NCBI GenBank assembly: GCA_965214125.1
Contig: CBDCBA010000011.1
Span: 1-64,000 of the forward strand
Direction: 5' to 3'
From: Tepidisphaeraceae bacterium
Lineage (GTDB): Bacteria > Planctomycetota > Phycisphaerae > Tepidisphaerales > Tepidisphaeraceae
Length of the DNA: 64,000 nt
How positions within the stretch are numbered: position 1 is the stretch's first letter; each line of letters opens with the position of its first letter. The position numbers and the translations under genes were made by a program. The notes beneath the pieces were generated by a model, which saw only the letters and a program-made list of their open reading frames with translations, was not told the origin of the DNA and ran no database searches. Shown here in pieces: positions 8,454 through 17,900 of the stretch.

Positions 8454-9473
8454 TCACGCCTCCAGCCACGCGGCGATCAGGTCGATGGCGCTCTGCAAGT
8501 CATCTTTGTGGACCATTTCCGTGACGGTGTGAATGTTCCGCGTCGGCACCGCGAGCGTGGCCGTCTTCACGCCGCCGCGGCTGCGTTGGATCGCGCCGGC
8601 GTCGGTTCCGCCGCGCGGCAGAACGCTGAACTGGTACTTCACGCCCTTGCTCTTGGCCGCGGCTTCGAGCTCGTCGACGAAGTCGCGGTTGCTGATGCTT
8701 GAGGAGTCGAGAATCTTAATGGCCACGCCGTCGCCTTGCTTGGTCACGCGCTCCTCGTCCGGCACGCCGGGCGTGTCGACGCAGAGCGTGGTGTCGAGCG
8801 CGATCGCCAAGTCCGGCTCGCTCGCGTAGGCGGCGGGGCCGGCGCCGCGCAGGCCCACTTCCTCCTGCACCGTCGCCGCGAGGATCACTTCGTACTTCGG
8901 GTTCTGGGCTTTCTTCATCGCCTCCAGCACGACCCAGGCGGCCACGCGGTTGTCCATGCACTTGCCGGTGATCGTGTCGCCGACCTCCATGCACTCCTGC
9001 CAGAGCGTGACCGGGTCGCCGACGCGCACGAGCTCCTTCACCTTCTCGCCGGGCAGGCCGAGGTCGATGATGAACTCCTGGATCTCGGGAATCTTCTTCT
9101 TGTCCTCCTCCTTGGCGATATGGATGGGCCGCCCACCGGGGTTCATGACGCCCGGCAGATCGCCGCCCTTGGCCATCACCACGACGCGCCGCGCCAGCAG
9201 ATTGCGCGTGTCGAAGCCGCCGACGTTCTGCACGCGGATGAAACCCTTGTCGTCGACGTGGCGGACGTAGAAGCCGATCTCGTCGATGTGGCAGGCGATC
9301 AACACGCGCGGCTTGCCGGCGTTTTTCTTGACGCCGATCAGGCTGCCCATCGCGTCGACGCTGACGTCGTCGAAGGCCTGGTCGAAGTGGGGGCGGAGCA
9401 CGTCGCGAACACGCTCCTCGCGGCCGGGGACGCCGCCGACTTCCGAAAGCTGCTTGAGCAGGGAGAGATCCAT
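8454..9473 (-). CDS. M42-family metallopeptidase (FrvX/glutamyl aminopeptidase-like)
   Basis: MDLSLLKQLSEVGGVPGREERVRDVL N-terminus and HIDEIGF, ...DNRVAAWVVLEAMK, ...LPRGGTDAGAIQ metal-ligand motifs are typical of M42 peptidases. The start is taken at M37 of the ORF (MDLSLL). Confidence 0.8.
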   Translation of the reverse strand: MDLSLLKQLSEVGGVPGREERVRDVLRPHFDQAFDDVSVDAMGSLIGVKKNAGKPRVLIACHIDEIGFYVRHVDDKGFIRVQNVGGFDTRNLLARRVVVMAKGGDLPGVMNPGGRPIHIAKEEDKKKIPEIQEFIIDLGLPGEKVKELVRVGDPVTLWQECMEVGDTITGKCMDNRVAAWVVLEAMKKAQNPKYEVILAATVQEEVGLRGAGPAAYASEPDLAIALDTTLCVDTPGVPDEERVTKQGDGVAIKILDSSSISNRDFVDELEAAAKSKGVKYQFSVLPRGGTDAGAIQRSRGGVKTATLAVPTRNIHTVTEMVHKDDLQSAIDLIAAWLEA

Positions 9474-9592
9474 GGCCGCACGATAGCGGGGGAAGCAACT
9501 TTGTCCTTCCATCGGAATGGCGTTTGCTGTTAAGCTAAGGCGTCCCGCCCGTGGCGTTTGCGGGCGCGCCGCCTCGATCACCCGGAGGTTTC

Positions 9593-10669
9593 ATGCCGTT
9601 CAATCTGATCCAGACTCCCCTCGCCCTTGCGGCGGCGGCCACGGTGTTGGCCGTCGGCGGCGCAGCGGCACAGACCCAGCCCGGCGGCCAGGCGGCCAGC
9701 CCGTTCTGGCAAAGCGGCAGCGGCAGCGAGGCGGATGCCACGCAGGAATCGAACGGCTTCCCGACGAGCCTCGTCGAGCGCGTGGCACCCGCCCGCGCCG
9801 GTCTCGCGATCGCCCAGGCTGAGCACGATCGGGCGCAGTCCGCGTACGCCGACCGGCTCGAACAACTCAAGCGGGAGTACGCCGAATCGAGCGAGTACCG
9901 CGACGCCCGGCAGGCGATCCTCGACGCCCGCGCCGCCGTCGACGCGGCGGAGACGGACGTGCTCGCCCCGCTCGAAGACGACGCCGATTATCAGGCCGCC
10001 GCAGCGTTGCAAAACGGGCTTGCCAGCCGCATCGCCTACGAGCACCGGCAGGCCGAGCCCGACCACGCGCGCATCCGCCAGTTGAGCGAGGAGGCGTTGC
10101 AGTACGCGCGGCTCCAATCGGATCGCGAGCAGGACCTTCTCGAAAATGCCCCGGAGTACCAGCGGGCGAACGACGATCTACGCGGGGCGGTCACGGCATT
10201 CCGCACGATGGAGCGGGAGCATCTGGAATCGGTGCGAACCGACGACGAGTTGGCGAATCTGCGCGAGGCGGTGACGAACGCTCGGACCACGCTCGCCGCC
10301 GCCGACGCCTACGCCTCGGCGGCCGAGCAGGCGGCGGGGATCGCGGTCGACTACGCCCGCGAACGCCAACGCCTCGAGTACGGCGGCGGCTACGGATCGC
10401 CCTACTGCGGATACGGCGGCGGCGGCGGGTACGGCGTTCCATACGGGTTCGGCTACAGCCCCTACGGCTACTACGGCGGCGGCGGGTACAATGGCGGCTT
10501 CGTCGGCGGCGGCTTCGGCACGTTCCGGCAGGTCGGCACCGTCAACCGCGTGATCCCGACGCTCACGAACTCCGTGACGAACCAGACGCCCGGCGCCCTC
10601 GGCAATGTCGATGCCGGCGGCGCCCCGGACCCGGACATCGCCGCCGGCCGCGTCCGAACGCGCGACTAG
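9593..10669 (+). CDS. Secreted hypothetical protein: signal peptide + coiled-coil + Gly/Tyr-rich C-terminal tail
   Basis: GGAGG 4 nt upstream of the ATG; MPFNLIQTPLALAAAATVLAVGGAAAQ signal peptide; helical E/R/A/D-rich repeats; C-terminus GGGYGSPYCGYGGGGGYGVPYGFGYSPYGYYGGGGYNGGFVGGGFG. Followed by a GC-rich hairpin terminator. Confidence 0.6.
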   Translation: MPFNLIQTPLALAAAATVLAVGGAAAQTQPGGQAASPFWQSGSGSEADATQESNGFPTSLVERVAPARAGLAIAQAEHDRAQSAYADRLEQLKREYAESSEYRDARQAILDARAAVDAAETDVLAPLEDDADYQAAAALQNGLASRIAYEHRQAEPDHARIRQLSEEALQYARLQSDREQDLLENAPEYQRANDDLRGAVTAFRTMEREHLESVRTDDELANLREAVTNARTTLAAADAYASAAEQAAGIAVDYARERQRLEYGGGYGSPYCGYGGGGGYGVPYGFGYSPYGYYGGGGYNGGFVGGGFGTFRQVGTVNRVIPTLTNSVTNQTPGALGNVDAGGAPDPDIAAGRVRTRD

Positions 10670-10726
10670 CGACCGCCGCGACGGCGGGCGCGATTGAACT
10701 TCAAGCGCATCCCGATTACACCGGCA

Positions 10727-10764
10727 CCCGCCGCCCCGCTCCCGCGGGGCGGCGGGTTCTGTTG
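10727..10764 (+). terminator. Rho-independent terminator-like hairpin (cccgccgccccg-ctcc-cggggcggcggg followed by ttctgtt)
   Basis: 12-bp GC stem, 4-nt loop, then a T-rich run, 58 nt after the stop of the secreted-protein gene and before the astA start. Confidence 0.55.
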
Positions 10765-10782
10765 ATCGTCGGAAGGATCGCC

Positions 10783-11856
10783 ATGCTACGGATTCGGCCG
10801 GTCGCCGAGCGCGACCTCGACCCGCTCGCCAACCTGGTCGCCCTCACGCGCGGCGGCATCACCACGTTGCCGACGGATCGCGACCAGCTCGCCAAGCGCA
10901 TTCACCAAAGCTGCGGCGCCTTCGCCCACGAGGCCGACCGGCCCGGTGGGGAGCTCTACAGCTTCGTCCTCGAGGACGACCGCCAGCCCGGCCAACTGCT
11001 CGGCACGAGCAGCATTGTCAGCAAGACCGGCGGGTTCGACCCGTTCTACTGCTACGAGGTGCGCGAGGAGCACTACCAGAGCGACGTGCTGAAGGTCGAC
11101 CGGCTCGTCCGCTCGATTCACCTCGTCGAAGACCACAGCGGCCCTGCGGAGGTCGGCGGACTATTCCTCAGGCCCGGCGTGCGCGGGGGCGGGTTCGGGC
11201 GGCTGCTGAGCGTCGCGCGATTTCTCTTTATGGCCGGTCGGCCTAAGGCCTTCGACCCACACGTCGTCGCCGAGATTCGCGGCGTGGTCGACGAGGCGGG
11301 CAACAGCCCGTTCTGGGACGCGATCGGCCGACACTTTTTCGGGGTCTCCTTCGCCGAGGCCGACCAGCTCAGCGTGAAGGAGAAGCAGATCATCGCCGAC
11401 CTGATGCCCGACCACCCGATTTACCTCGACATGCTGCCGCAAACCGCCCGCGCCGTTGTCGGCGTGGAACACGACTTCTCGCGCCCCGCGCGGCGGCTGC
11501 TCGAAAGCGAAGGGTTCGGCTTCCGCGAGCGCGTCGACATCTTCGACGCCGGCCCGACCATCGAGTGCCCGCTGGCCAACATCCGCGCGGTTCGCGCGAG
11601 CCGTGTCGCCGAGGTGGCGGACCTGTGCGACGCAGACGACGACGCGGCCGACGTGCTGGTTTGCAACGACCGCCTCGACTTCTGCGCCTGTCCGGCCAGC
11701 ATCTTCGAGACGGACGCGGGTGTGCAGATCAGCGCGTCCGCCGCCGCCGCTCTGAATGTCAGGCCCGGTCAGAGCGTTCGCTACGTCTCCCTTCGCCCCC
11801 ACCACCCCCACCATCCCCGCTCGTCGCCGGACCTGACGATCCCGATGGAGGCTTGA
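10783..11856 (+). CDS. astA: Arginine N-succinyltransferase
   Basis: N-terminus MLRIRPVAERDLDPL and overall length/pattern match AstA; followed by astD- and astB-like genes. His-Pro-rich C-terminal tail (RPHHPHHPRSSP). Confidence 0.8.
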   Translation: MLRIRPVAERDLDPLANLVALTRGGITTLPTDRDQLAKRIHQSCGAFAHEADRPGGELYSFVLEDDRQPGQLLGTSSIVSKTGGFDPFYCYEVREEHYQSDVLKVDRLVRSIHLVEDHSGPAEVGGLFLRPGVRGGGFGRLLSVARFLFMAGRPKAFDPHVVAEIRGVVDEAGNSPFWDAIGRHFFGVSFAEADQLSVKEKQIIADLMPDHPIYLDMLPQTARAVVGVEHDFSRPARRLLESEGFGFRERVDIFDAGPTIECPLANIRAVRASRVAEVADLCDADDDAADVLVCNDRLDFCACPASIFETDAGVQISASAAAALNVRPGQSVRYVSLRPHHPHHPRSSPDLTIPMEA

Positions 11857-11877
11857 CGCGACGATACGCTTCCTGAC

Positions 11878-13299
11878 GTGGAACTCCTCTCGAATAATCC
11901 GGCGACGGGCGACGTGGTGTGGCGTGGACCCTCGTCCTCCACATCGGACGTGGCCGATGCCGTCGCAGCCGCCCGCGCGGCCCAGCCGGCGTGGGCAGCG
12001 CGACCGAGCGAGGAGCGCCGCGCGATTCTCACCCGCTTCGCCGAGCTCGCGACGGAGCGCAAGTCGGACCTGGCCGACCTCATTCTCACCGAAGCCGGCC
12101 GCGTGCGGAGCGACGCCAACGCCGAGGCCGGCGCGGTGGCGGGCAAGGTGAAGCTCACGTTCGCCGCCCTCGACGGGCGTCGGGCGGACGAGCGCCACGA
12201 TCTTGGCAACGGCCTTGTCGGCCGGGTGACGCACAAGCCGATCGGCGTCCTGGCGGTGCTCGGGCCGTTCAACTTCCCGATGCACCTCGCCAACGGCCAC
12301 CTCGTGCCGGCCCTGCTGACGGGCAACGCCTGCGTCTTCAAGCCAAGCGAGCTCACGCCCGCGTGCGGCGAACTGCTCGCATCGCTCTTCCACGAAGCCG
12401 GCGTGCCGGAGGACGTGCTGCGCGTCGTCCAGGGCGGTCGGGAGACGGGCGAGGCCCTTGTCGGGGGCGATGTGGACGGCGTGCTGCTCACCGGCAGTGA
12501 CCGCGCTGCCGAGGCTATCTACAAGACGCTGCGCTATGACCAACTGCTAGCGGTCGAGGCCGGCGGAAACAACCCGCTCGTCGTTCACGGGCCCGTCGAC
12601 GTCGAGCAGGCCGTCAAGCTGACGATCGAGTCCGCCTACGTCTCCGCAGGCCAACGATGCACGTGCGCCCGTCGACTAATCGTGACCGATGACGTGCCGA
12701 ACGAGTTTATCGATAAGCTCGTCGCCGCCGTTCGCGAGGTGAGGGTTGATCTGCCGGAGAACGACCCGCTGGTCGGCCCGCTCATTTCGCAGCGTGCCGT
12801 CGATGCCTTGCTCGAGGCGCAGCGTCAGTTGCTTGACGCGGGCGCGACGGCGCTCGTCGCAGGGTCGAGCGCGGCAGACCTGCGACGCGTGGCGTCGCAG
12901 CTACCCGGTGGTGGCGCGTTTGTTTCCCCAGGATTGATGGATACCACAGGTGTCGGTGCGCCCGATGCCGAAGTGTTCGGACCCCTTCTGCAACTCGAAC
13001 GTGTCGACACTTTTGAGGGCGCGATCCACGCGGCGAACGCCACGCGGTACGGCCTTGCGGCCGGCTTAGTTGGCGGCACGCGCGAGGAGTTCGAGCGGTT
13101 CCTACACAAAAGCCGCGCCGGCTGCGTGAACTGGAACCGTCCGCTGACCGGCGCCAGCGGCAAGCTCCCCTTCGGCGGCGTCGGGCGTAGCGGCAACTCC
13201 CGCCCCGCCGGCTCGACGAGCATCGACTACTGCACCTACCCGGTCGCGACGCTCGAAGAAGAAGACTCACCACGGAGGCACGGAGACACGGAGGAGTAA
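11878..13299 (+). CDS. astD: Succinylglutamate-semialdehyde dehydrogenase (aldehyde dehydrogenase family)
   Basis: Aldehyde dehydrogenase fold (GPFNFPMHLANGHLVPALLTGNACVFKPSELTP; catalytic Cys region AGQRCTCARRL); its position between astA and astB supports AstD. GTG start. Confidence 0.8.
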   Translation: MELLSNNPATGDVVWRGPSSSTSDVADAVAAARAAQPAWAARPSEERRAILTRFAELATERKSDLADLILTEAGRVRSDANAEAGAVAGKVKLTFAALDGRRADERHDLGNGLVGRVTHKPIGVLAVLGPFNFPMHLANGHLVPALLTGNACVFKPSELTPACGELLASLFHEAGVPEDVLRVVQGGRETGEALVGGDVDGVLLTGSDRAAEAIYKTLRYDQLLAVEAGGNNPLVVHGPVDVEQAVKLTIESAYVSAGQRCTCARRLIVTDDVPNEFIDKLVAAVREVRVDLPENDPLVGPLISQRAVDALLEAQRQLLDAGATALVAGSSAADLRRVASQLPGGGAFVSPGLMDTTGVGAPDAEVFGPLLQLERVDTFEGAIHAANATRYGLAAGLVGGTREEFERFLHKSRAGCVNWNRPLTGASGKLPFGGVGRSGNSRPAGSTSIDYCTYPVATLEEEDSPRRHGDTEE

Positions 13300-13359
13300 G
13301 CTGTTGCTTCGGCCTCTGAAGCCAATCTCTCCTCTCCGTGTCTCCGTGCTTCCGTGGTG
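13268..13359 (+). promoter_or_regulatory. Imperfect ~29-bp inverted repeat spanning the astD 3' end and the astB translation start
   Basis: caccacggaggcacggagacacggaggag (astD codons for PRRHGDTEE + stop) pairs with ctcctctccgtgtctccgtgcttccgtggtg, whose 3' end contains the GTG GTG start of astB; 32-nt spacer. Confidence 0.5.
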
Positions 13360-14715
13360 AACTACTCCGAATACAACTTCGACGGCCTCGTCGGCCCCAC
13401 GCACAACTACGCCGGGCTCGGCAGCGGGAACCTGGCGTCGATGTCGAGCAAGGCCAGCGTCAGCCACCCGCGGGCGGCGGCGTTGGAGGGCCTCTCGAAG
13501 ATGCGCCTCCTCGCCAACCTCGGCGTGCCGCAGGCGATCCTCCCGCCGCAACGTCGGCCACACCTAGGCTACCTGCGAAGCTGCGGGTACGGCAGTAAAC
13601 CGGCCGAGGTTCTTGAGAATGCCGCAAAGGCCGGCGACGCGGGTCGGCGCGATCTGGCGATTGCCAGCAGCGCCAGCAGCATGTGGGCCGCCAACGCCGC
13701 GACGGTCTCGCCCAGCCCCGACACGGCCAACGGCCGGTGCCACTTCACGATCGCCAACCTCGCCAGCCAGCGCCACCGGGCGCTGGAGTCGTTCGAGCGG
13801 CTGACGATCTTTGAGCACCTGTTCGGCGACGGGCGGTACTTCAAGGTCCACCCGCCACTGCCAAGCACGTTGCCGGACGAGGGGGCGGCGAACCACACGC
13901 GGTTGAGCGGCTTCGATTTTGAACTGGGCTACCACATCTTCACCTACGGGTTCGACGCGACATCCAGCCTAATACAAGGGAAGTTCCAGCCGCGACAATC
14001 GCTTGGTGCTTCGCGGCGGATCGCGGAGCAGCACGGGCATGTTTTCCAGTTTCCGTCGGGTGCCGAGTGCTTCGTGAAGCAGACGCAGGAGGCGATCGAG
14101 GCAGGCGTGTTCCACAACGACGTCATCAGTGTCGGCAACGAGTTCGTGCTGTTGATCCACGAGCATGCGTGGGTCAATCAGCCGACGGCGGCCGATGCCG
14201 TTCACGACGCCATGCACATCGCCGGTGTCGATGAGGTGCGGATGACATTTACAGACAAAGAACTGCCAATAGCGGAAGCGGTTCAGTCTTACCTCTTCAA
14301 CTCGCAGCTCGTCACGCTGCGTGGAATCAAGGGCGAAGACAACTGGGAGTGCAAGATGGTCCTCGTCTACCCCGCCGAGTGCGAGGAGATCCCGTCGGCG
14401 AAGGCGGCGATCGAGCGCATCCTGCGGGAGGACAATCCCGTCCAGCACGCCGTGCGGGCGGACGTCCGCCAGAGCATGCGCAACGGCGGCGGGCCGGCCT
14501 GCTTACGGCTGCGGGTCGTGCTGAGCGACGAGGAGAAGGCTGCTGTCCGCGGGAACGTCTTCTGGACGCCGGCGCTGCACGACACGCTCGTCGATTGGGT
14601 CACGCGGCACTACCGCGAAGCCCTCACGCCCGCCGACTTGGCCGACGTGCGGCTGTACGAAGAGAGCGAGACGGCCCTCGACGAGCTGGCGGAGATTCTG
14701 CAACTGCCGATCTGA
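13354..14715 (+). CDS. astB: N-succinylarginine dihydrolase
   Basis: VNYSEYNFDGLVGPTHNYAGLGSGNLAS closely parallels the AstB N-terminus ([24 protein letters not shown]); full-length ~450 aa. GTG start. Confidence 0.85.
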   Translation: MVNYSEYNFDGLVGPTHNYAGLGSGNLASMSSKASVSHPRAAALEGLSKMRLLANLGVPQAILPPQRRPHLGYLRSCGYGSKPAEVLENAAKAGDAGRRDLAIASSASSMWAANAATVSPSPDTANGRCHFTIANLASQRHRALESFERLTIFEHLFGDGRYFKVHPPLPSTLPDEGAANHTRLSGFDFELGYHIFTYGFDATSSLIQGKFQPRQSLGASRRIAEQHGHVFQFPSGAECFVKQTQEAIEAGVFHNDVISVGNEFVLLIHEHAWVNQPTAADAVHDAMHIAGVDEVRMTFTDKELPIAEAVQSYLFNSQLVTLRGIKGEDNWECKMVLVYPAECEEIPSAKAAIERILREDNPVQHAVRADVRQSMRNGGGPACLRLRVVLSDEEKAAVRGNVFWTPALHDTLVDWVTRHYREALTPADLADVRLYEESETALDELAEILQLPI

Positions 14716-14716
14716 C

Positions 14717-14790
14717 GTAGGGTGGGATTCATCCCACCATCGGCGGCGGGAAGGGTGCGACCACGGATGGTGGGATGAATCCCACCCTAC
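14717..14790. repeat. REP/MITE-like palindromic element, family A copy 1 (GTAGGGTGGGATTCATCCCACC...GGTGGGATGAATCCCACCCTAC)
   Basis: 22-bp arms that are themselves internally palindromic (tgggattcatccca), ~30-nt spacer; starts 2 nt after the astB stop. Confidence 0.85.
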
Positions 14791-14910
14791 GGCGAAAGTC
14801 GCAACAGGGGCTCGACGCTCCTATGGTCAGCGTTCGCCAGCAAAGACGCCCCCCGTCGCCGACCGCGTGCGTCGGCGGCACACGCAACGGAGTCCGGAGA
14901 ACGCCGCCCG

Positions 14911-17900
14911 ATGGATCAGGTCGCCAGCGCCCCACCGCCGTCCGAGTCCCCCGCCGCGCCCGTCCCGGCCGCGACGGCGACCGCCACGCAGTTCACCTGG
15001 CACGACGGCCGCCTCTGGCGCTGGTCCGCCGACGACGCCGGCACCGACCTGCGAGTGGGCTTGCCCGATGGCGAACGCCGTGTGGCCGCGAGCGTCGTCA
15101 CCGGCCGGGCGATGCTTGACGCCGTCACCGACCTTGCCCACGACGCCGCCGACTCCGCCCAATGCCTCGCGACCCTCGCGGAGTTCTCGCGAAACGCAGT
15201 CGCCTTGGAGCAGTTTTACCCGTCGGCCCGGCGCGCAGGTGGGCGGCACGGCGGCGTGGTTGCGTCGTGGCGGCTGCTCGTGGGGGACCCGTCGGACGTG
15301 GAGCGCATCGAGAGCTTTGCCGCCGCAATGCCGGCCGCGTGCTTCTGCGCGGACGAGCCGTTCCACGCGACCGACCGTCTTGAACTTGTCGAAAGCTTCC
15401 TCGACGCCTGCTGCGACACGATTGTGCGGCGAAGCTTGGCGAAGGACGAGTTCTTCGCCGGCGTTCACGAACGCGCGGCGGATCCGGTGGCGGACGTGGA
15501 GGTGCGCTGGGTCTCCGCCCTCGTGGCCGACCCGGATGAGATCGTCGAATCCCCCGAAAAAACGCTCGTTCGCGGTCGCGACAACGAGGTGGCGGAACTG
15601 CTCGACAAGGTGCAGACCTGGACCAGCCGCCTGGGCGACGCTGGCGGCGAGCCGTGGCGGCTGGGCTTCTTGCTCGAAGAACCCGCAAGCGACGACGAGA
15701 ACGGCGTCTGGCCGCTGCGGTGGCAGCTCTTGCCGCCGTTGGAACTTTCGGATCACCACGTGCCGCTACCGGCCGAACAGGTGTGGGAGCAACCCGCCGG
15801 CAGCATCGGCTACGTTGGGCGAAACGCGGTGCGGCTGCGCGAGCGGATGGGGGCCGAGCTCAAGCGGGCGGCCGAGGTGCTGCCACCGCTGAACGATCTT
15901 CTGGGGGAGTGGCCGGGGCGGGGCGGACCGTCGAAGCTGATGCTCGACGGGGGCAACGCCTTCCGCGTCCTGCGCGACCACGCCGAGGCCCTCAGCGACG
16001 CCGGCTTCGACGTGCAACTGCCCGGCTGGGCGAATCAGAAGGAAAACCGGCTGGAAGTGGTGATGGACCTTCAGCCAGCCGCCGGCACCGAGGAGGCGTA
16101 CGCGGCCTCGCAGGGGGCGCTCGGGCTCGACGCGCTCTTGACCTTCAACTGGAAGATCAGCGTCGGCGGGGACCAGATCACGATGGACGAGTTCCGGGCG
16201 CTCGTCGACCGGCAGGTGCCGCTAATCCGGCGCGGCGGGCGGTGGATCGAGGTCGACCCGCAGGCGGCGCTGGCGGCGGCCGAGATGATCGAGCGCCGCC
16301 CGCCGGGCACCATCTCGCTCGGCGAGGCCTTCCGTGCCGGCTTCGGGTTGGGCGAGTTCCGCAGCAGCAACGGCACGTCGCCGGCCATCCGACTTGAAGG
16401 GACCGAGTGGGTCGACAAGCTGCTCGAGCAGGCCCCGGACGACGCGGCCAAGGCGTTGCCGCAGCCCGAGCAGTTCACCGGTGAACTGCGGCCTTACCAG
16501 TTGCGTGGCTTACAGTGGATGGCCTTCCTCGACCGCGTGGGCCTCGGCGGCGTGCTGGCGGACGACATGGGCCTGGGCAAGACGATCCAGCTCATCGCCC
16601 TACTGCTCCACGAGCGCGAGCGCGCCAACGCCGCGAACGAAGCGAATGGCGATCAGGCCGTGCAGACGAAGCCGACGCTGCTGTTCGTCCCCACGAGCGT
16701 GCTGGGCAACTGGGCCCGCGAACTGCGTCGTTTCGCTCCGCTCTTGAAGGTCTTGCCCCACCACGGGCCGGGCCGCTCGCGCGGCGAACGCTTTGCCGAA
16801 GATGCCTCAAAGGCGGACGTGGTCGTCACGAGCTACGCCCTGTCGCATCGCGACCAGGAAGACTTGCGTCGCGTCCGCTGGGGCCGCGTGGCGCTGGACG
16901 AGGCGCAAAAGATCAAGAACCCGCAGGCGGCCAGCAGCATCGCGGTCCGCTCCATCGCCGCTGGCCGCAAGATCGCTCTCACGGGCACGCCCGTCGAGAA
17001 CCACCTCGGCGAGCTGTGGAGCATTATGGACCTGCTCAACCCCGGCCTGCTCGGCACGCAGGGGGAGTTCCGCGAGCGCTTCGCGATCCCGATCGAAAAG
17101 CACGGCGACCGCGCCCGCGGGCGGCGCTTGCGCGAGATGATCCGCCCGTTCGTGCTGCGGCGCACGAAAGACGAGCCAGAGGTCGCGGCCGATTTGCCGG
17201 CAAAGATGGAGATGAGCGTCTTCTGCGGCCTGACCGCTGAACAGGCGGCGATCTACGAGCGCATTACCAGCGATATGCTCGGCCGCATCGATACGGCCAC
17301 CGGCATCCGCCGGCGCGGGCTGATCCTGAGCGTGCTGACGAAGCTCAAGCAGGTCTGCGACCACCCGGCGCTGCTGGCCGAAGAAAATGTCGACAAGAAG
17401 AATCCCGATCAGGCCCAGGTGTCGATCAACCGCAGCGGCAAGGCCCAGCGGTTGGCGGAGATGCTCGAAGAGGTGATCGAGGAAGGGCAAAAGGCCCTGA
17501 TTTTCACGCAGTATCGCAAGATGGGCGATCTGCTCGTGCCGATGCTGGAGAAGGCGCTCAAGCGGCCGGTGCTGTTCCTGCACGGCGGCACGCCGCAGCA
17601 GAAGCGCGACGATATGGTGCAGGATTTCCAGAACATTTCCACGAAGGACGGCGGAGCGCCGATCTTCCTCCTGAGCCTTCGCGCCGGCGGACTGGGCCTG
17701 AACCTGACGGCGGCCAGCCACGTCTTTCACTTCGATCGCTGGTGGAACCCGGCCGTCGAGAACCAGGCAACCGACCGCGCCCACCGCATCGGCCAGACGC
17801 GCCGCGTGCAGGTCCACAAGTTTGTCACGCTCGGCACCGTCGAGGAGCGCATCGACAAGATGCTGGCGGAAAAGAGCGCCCTCGCCCAGAACATCGTCGG

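Noticed and set aside
11161-12543. Minus-strand ORF 11161..12543 (460 aa)
   Set aside because: Antisense to astA/astD, which have clear family signatures.
16807-17817. Minus-strand ORF 16807..17817 (336 aa) and other internal ORFs within 14911..18057
   Set aside because: Lie inside the SNF2 helicase gene whose motifs are continuous in the + frame.
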